From a virus, in IMG/VR virus record IMGVR_UViG_3300045919_000305, positions 1 through 64,000 of that record: a stretch of 64,000 bases of DNA, one strand, 5' to 3'. Each line of letters opens with the position of its first letter. Position 1 is the stretch's first letter. A program made the translations under genes and the position numbers. Shown one piece after another: positions 61,535 through 64,000 of the stretch. The notes under the pieces are model-generated. The model saw only the letters and a list, made by a program, of their open reading frames with translations, was not told where the DNA came from and did not search any database.

Positions 61535-61563
61535 TTGACATACCCCTAAAAAGGCGGATAATA
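61535..61563 (+). promoter_or_regulatory. sigma70-type promoter for the rightward early genes
   Basis: TTGACA (61535-61540), 16-nt spacer, GATAAT (61557-61562); ATG 61603 follows. Confidence 0.55.
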
Positions 61564-61602
61564 GGCCCATACTTTCAAAAACGTTAAAAAAGGGGTTAAA
61601 AA

Positions 61603-61848
61603 ATGGGCATTATTAAATTCGAACATACTGACACTTTCGGCGGCGAGTCTAACTATTCTTGGGTCCGCCGCGAAGAGCATGAAATTGACGAAAGTAAAAA
61701 GCCGCTATCAGACCGCGCTATTGTTCGCCGCGCCAAAGCGTTCGCAGGTTTTACCGGCCGCGCTTCTCGCGTTGAAAATTGCGGCGATTTTATAGCAATC
61801 TGGCCGCGTGGCTTGTGTCAGGTTTGCTTTGTTACTTTCGAATACTGA
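61603..61848 (+). CDS. hypothetical protein (81 aa)
   Basis: AGGGG RBS; first gene after the promoter. Confidence 0.55.
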   Translation: MGIIKFEHTDTFGGESNYSWVRREEHEIDESKKPLSDRAIVRRAKAFAGFTGRASRVENCGDFIAIWPRGLCQVCFVTFEY

Positions 61849-61859
61849 GGGCGGCGACT

Positions 61860-61991
61860 ATGAAAAAAGGCTATAAAAACTGCGCCAACGCGCAAAAAAC
61901 GAACCGCTGGACGCGTGCAGGCTTGCCGGTCGCGTGGCTAGTGGTAGCTTTCACAATAGCGCTCGTGTTACTTGGCGCGCTTAGTTCTTAA
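61860..61991 (+). CDS. small membrane protein (43 aa)
   Basis: ATG 61860 after GAGGG; LPVAWLVVAFTIALVLLGAL helix. Confidence 0.4.
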   Translation: MKKGYKNCANAQKTNRWTRAGLPVAWLVVAFTIALVLLGALSS

Positions 61992-62009
61992 CTTTACGGA
62001 GTTTAAACA

Positions 62010-62159
62010 ATGAATAATTTTGATAAATATCTAAAGATTGCAGGCTGGCTGGCAAATCGTTACACGTTCGGCGGACGTTTAGCGCTTTCGTTCGGGGACG
62101 TTCCAAGCGAATATACAAAACTTGAACGCTTAGCCGCTGAAAAATACCTAAATATTTGA
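62010..62159 (+). CDS. hypothetical protein (49 aa)
   Basis: ATG 62010 eight nt after GGAG. Confidence 0.4.
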   Translation: MNNFDKYLKIAGWLANRYTFGGRLALSFGDVPSEYTKLERLAAEKYLNI

Positions 62160-62270
62160 CCACCACGCAACAAAAAGCAATTAACCGCGGCTACCATAGC
62201 GCCTAAACATTAAAAACACCACCACGGCCACGAAAACGGCCTATTTTTAACTTTAAAGAGGATTAAAACA

Positions 62271-63083
62271 ATGGCATTATCATACAACAATAACACCGGC
62301 CGCGCTTTGAACCTGGACGAATTACACCGCCGCGCGCCGTCAATTTTCGCCGAAGAAGCAGCCGCGGACCGCTCAAAAAACTATAAATTTATCCCGACCG
62401 TCGAAGTAGTTAACGCCATGCAAGAAAACGGATTTTTCCCCGTGGCCGTATTCGAGAGCCGTGCACGCAAGGAGGAAAAATACGGCAAAACTAAGCACAT
62501 GATCCGCTTCCGCCAACATAACGGTTTTGACGAAATCGGCGAGATAAAGCCCGAGATTGTTTTATTAAACTCGCATGACGGTACAAGCTCGTACCAGTTA
62601 ACCGCGGGCCTGTATCGCCTTGTTTGTAAAAACGGCTTAATAGTGGCCGATAGTGTCCTAGATACAATCAAATGTCGTCATAGTGGCGCTAACGTGCTCG
62701 ATGATGTAATCGAGGGCTCTTTTAAAATCATTGAAGAAATGCCGAAAGTTATGGAGGATGTCGAAGAAATGCGACAAATCCAACTAACCCGGCCACAACA
62801 AGAAGTTTTCGCACGTGTGGCGGGCTCGTTACGTTGGGAAGAAAACGAAATGCCGATCGAACCGAGTCAATTATTAAGATCTTGGCGGACCGCGGACCGT
62901 TCGCCGGATCTATTCACCACTATGAACGTGGTCCAAGAGCACGTCATAAGGGGCGGCGACCGTGGGCGGAATGCGAACGGCGGCCGAACTACGACCCGAG
63001 AAGTCAAAAGTGTGGGCGAATTGAATAAATTAAACAAAGCGATCTGGACGCTGGCCGAAGAAATGAAAAAATTGGCCGCATAA
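62271..63083 (+). CDS. DUF932-family protein
   Basis: LDELHRRAPSIFAEEAA..RS.NYKFIPT..VV..M...GF.PV ... IVLLNSHDGTSSYQL.AGLYRLVCKNGLIV is the DUF932 pattern known from phage, plasmid and island leading regions. Confidence 0.75.
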   Translation: MALSYNNNTGRALNLDELHRRAPSIFAEEAAADRSKNYKFIPTVEVVNAMQENGFFPVAVFESRARKEEKYGKTKHMIRFRQHNGFDEIGEIKPEIVLLNSHDGTSSYQLTAGLYRLVCKNGLIVADSVLDTIKCRHSGANVLDDVIEGSFKIIEEMPKVMEDVEEMRQIQLTRPQQEVFARVAGSLRWEENEMPIEPSQLLRSWRTADRSPDLFTTMNVVQEHVIRGGDRGRNANGGRTTTREVKSVGELNKLNKAIWTLAEEMKKLAA

Positions 63084-63161
63084 AAACCCGAACAAATCAG
63101 GCCACGGACGGCCGAAACTGCTAACGAATTTTGTCCCCTTATCACTAACGGAGTTTTTAAA

Positions 63162-63542
63162 ATGGCCAATTTACAGCCCCCCTTTATCGACCTGAACGGC
63201 TCAAAATGGTCGCAGTCTTCGATTGATACTTACAACCGTTTTAACGAGCAAGTAGAAAAGCGCGAAAAGCTAAACAACCCAAGCGAACAAAGCAAACAGG
63301 AACTAGAATTCTACCGGGACCAACGGCACAAAACTTTTATTCAATTAGCCGAGATAGAAAAGCAAAAACGAGAAACAAAGCACATTGTTTTTAGTGTTAA
63401 AAAATACGGCGTTAGATTCCGTACATCGGACGGGCGGAACGGTGAAAACCCGTGTTATGGAAGCGACCCGGAAACGATAAAGCAAGCGATTATAAATAAC
63501 ATGTTTAGACCCGGCGAAAACTTCACGCAAGAAACAATTTGA
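63162..63542 (+). CDS. hypothetical protein (126 aa)
   Basis: ACGGAG RBS. Confidence 0.55.
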   Translation: MANLQPPFIDLNGSKWSQSSIDTYNRFNEQVEKREKLNNPSEQSKQELEFYRDQRHKTFIQLAEIEKQKRETKHIVFSVKKYGVRFRTSDGRNGENPCYGSDPETIKQAIINNMFRPGENFTQETI

Positions 63543-63597
63543 AAAACCCGAACAACTAACCCGAACTTATTTTTTAACTTTCAAAGGATTACATCAA

Positions 63598-64000
63598 ATG
63601 ATTATCACACTAGCCCAGCACGAAGCCATAATAAAACAGCTCGAACAAGGGGCGCTAAGACCGGACGAATACCGGCAAGCGTTCGCGGATACTTTAGAAA
63701 GCGCGGACGCGTTCACGGCGGAATTGAACGCACTGAAAAAAGCCGATTTAGTAGCACAGATAAACCCTTATTCACGCTTTCGAACCGAGACAAAACAAAA
63801 CATAATAGCCGAGATCGTAAGCGAAACGGAAAGCGCTTTCACATTAGGGCGGTCTATCGAATACGCTCAGATTCCGGGAACAAATAGGCACACTTTTTCC
63901 CAAGGTATTAAAAACCTAGTCGCGGCGACTACTCCAGAATTTTTAAATAGTTACGCGTTGAAAGTATCCGAAAAGCGACTAGCGGCAAAAGCTGAACGCG
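63598..64000 (+). CDS. hypothetical protein, 5' part (runs off the window)
   Basis: ATG 63598 after AAGGA; frame open to the window end. Confidence 0.5.
   Translation, partial: MIITLAQHEAIIKQLEQGALRPDEYRQAFADTLESADAFTAELNALKKADLVAQINPYSRFRTETKQNIIAEIVSETESAFTLGRSIEYAQIPGTNRHTFSQGIKNLVAATTPEFLNSYALKVSEKRLAAKAER

Noticed and set aside
61006-61541. Minus-strand ORFs 61006-61260 and 61308-61541
   Set aside because: They lie in the AT-rich/iteron region, encode Ile/Tyr/Phe-rich low-complexity peptides and have no RBS. They are chance ORFs in AT-rich DNA.

Overview
Almost the whole window reads as one tailed-phage (or phage-like element) genome segment.
- 1-10.3 kb (+): tightly packed, translationally coupled early genes for nucleic-acid metabolism and modification. 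They include a VRR-NUC nuclease, a GT-B-like glycosyltransferase, an HTH-metallophosphoesterase, an SPPY-type DNA methyltransferase, an SNF2 helicase, a DHH/DHHA1 phosphoesterase, a TSCPD-domain protein, a DUF3850/ASCH-like protein and many small ORFs.
- 10.3-11.0 kb: about 680 nt with no credible coding potential, but with two paralogous long hairpins and an intrinsic terminator (candidate structured RNA).
- 11.0-16.0 kb (+): a terminator-bounded cassette of four exported proteins. Two signal-peptide proteins sit in a visibly AT-richer segment, followed by a Gly/Asn/Ser-rich lipoprotein and a modular protein with an 18 x 12-bp PTPV repeat.
- 16.3-59.5 kb (-): one long late module. It holds the small and large terminase, portal, an HU-like protein, scaffold, an HK97/N4-type major capsid protein and connector proteins. 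A lysis cassette (holin, GH19 endolysin, embedded Rz/Rz1-type spanins) sits in the middle of the structural genes. The module also has many small Thr/Ala/Gly-rich beta-proteins, LamG-type and highly repetitive fibre-like proteins, and a free-standing HNH-type homing-endonuclease-like gene with its own promoter. It ends with ejection-type proteins, the last a 3004-aa polyvalent-type protein carrying a GGDEF-like module.
- 59.6-61.6 kb: a non-canonical tRNA-like element, tandem repeats, TGTCCAT iteron-like arrays, an AT-rich block and a G12 tract (control or origin-like region).
- 61.6-64 kb (+): a second early-type gene set including a DUF932 protein.
No integrase, repressor, DNA polymerase, tail sheath or obvious tape measure was recognised in the window. 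All domain calls come from motif recognition by eye, not from database searches.
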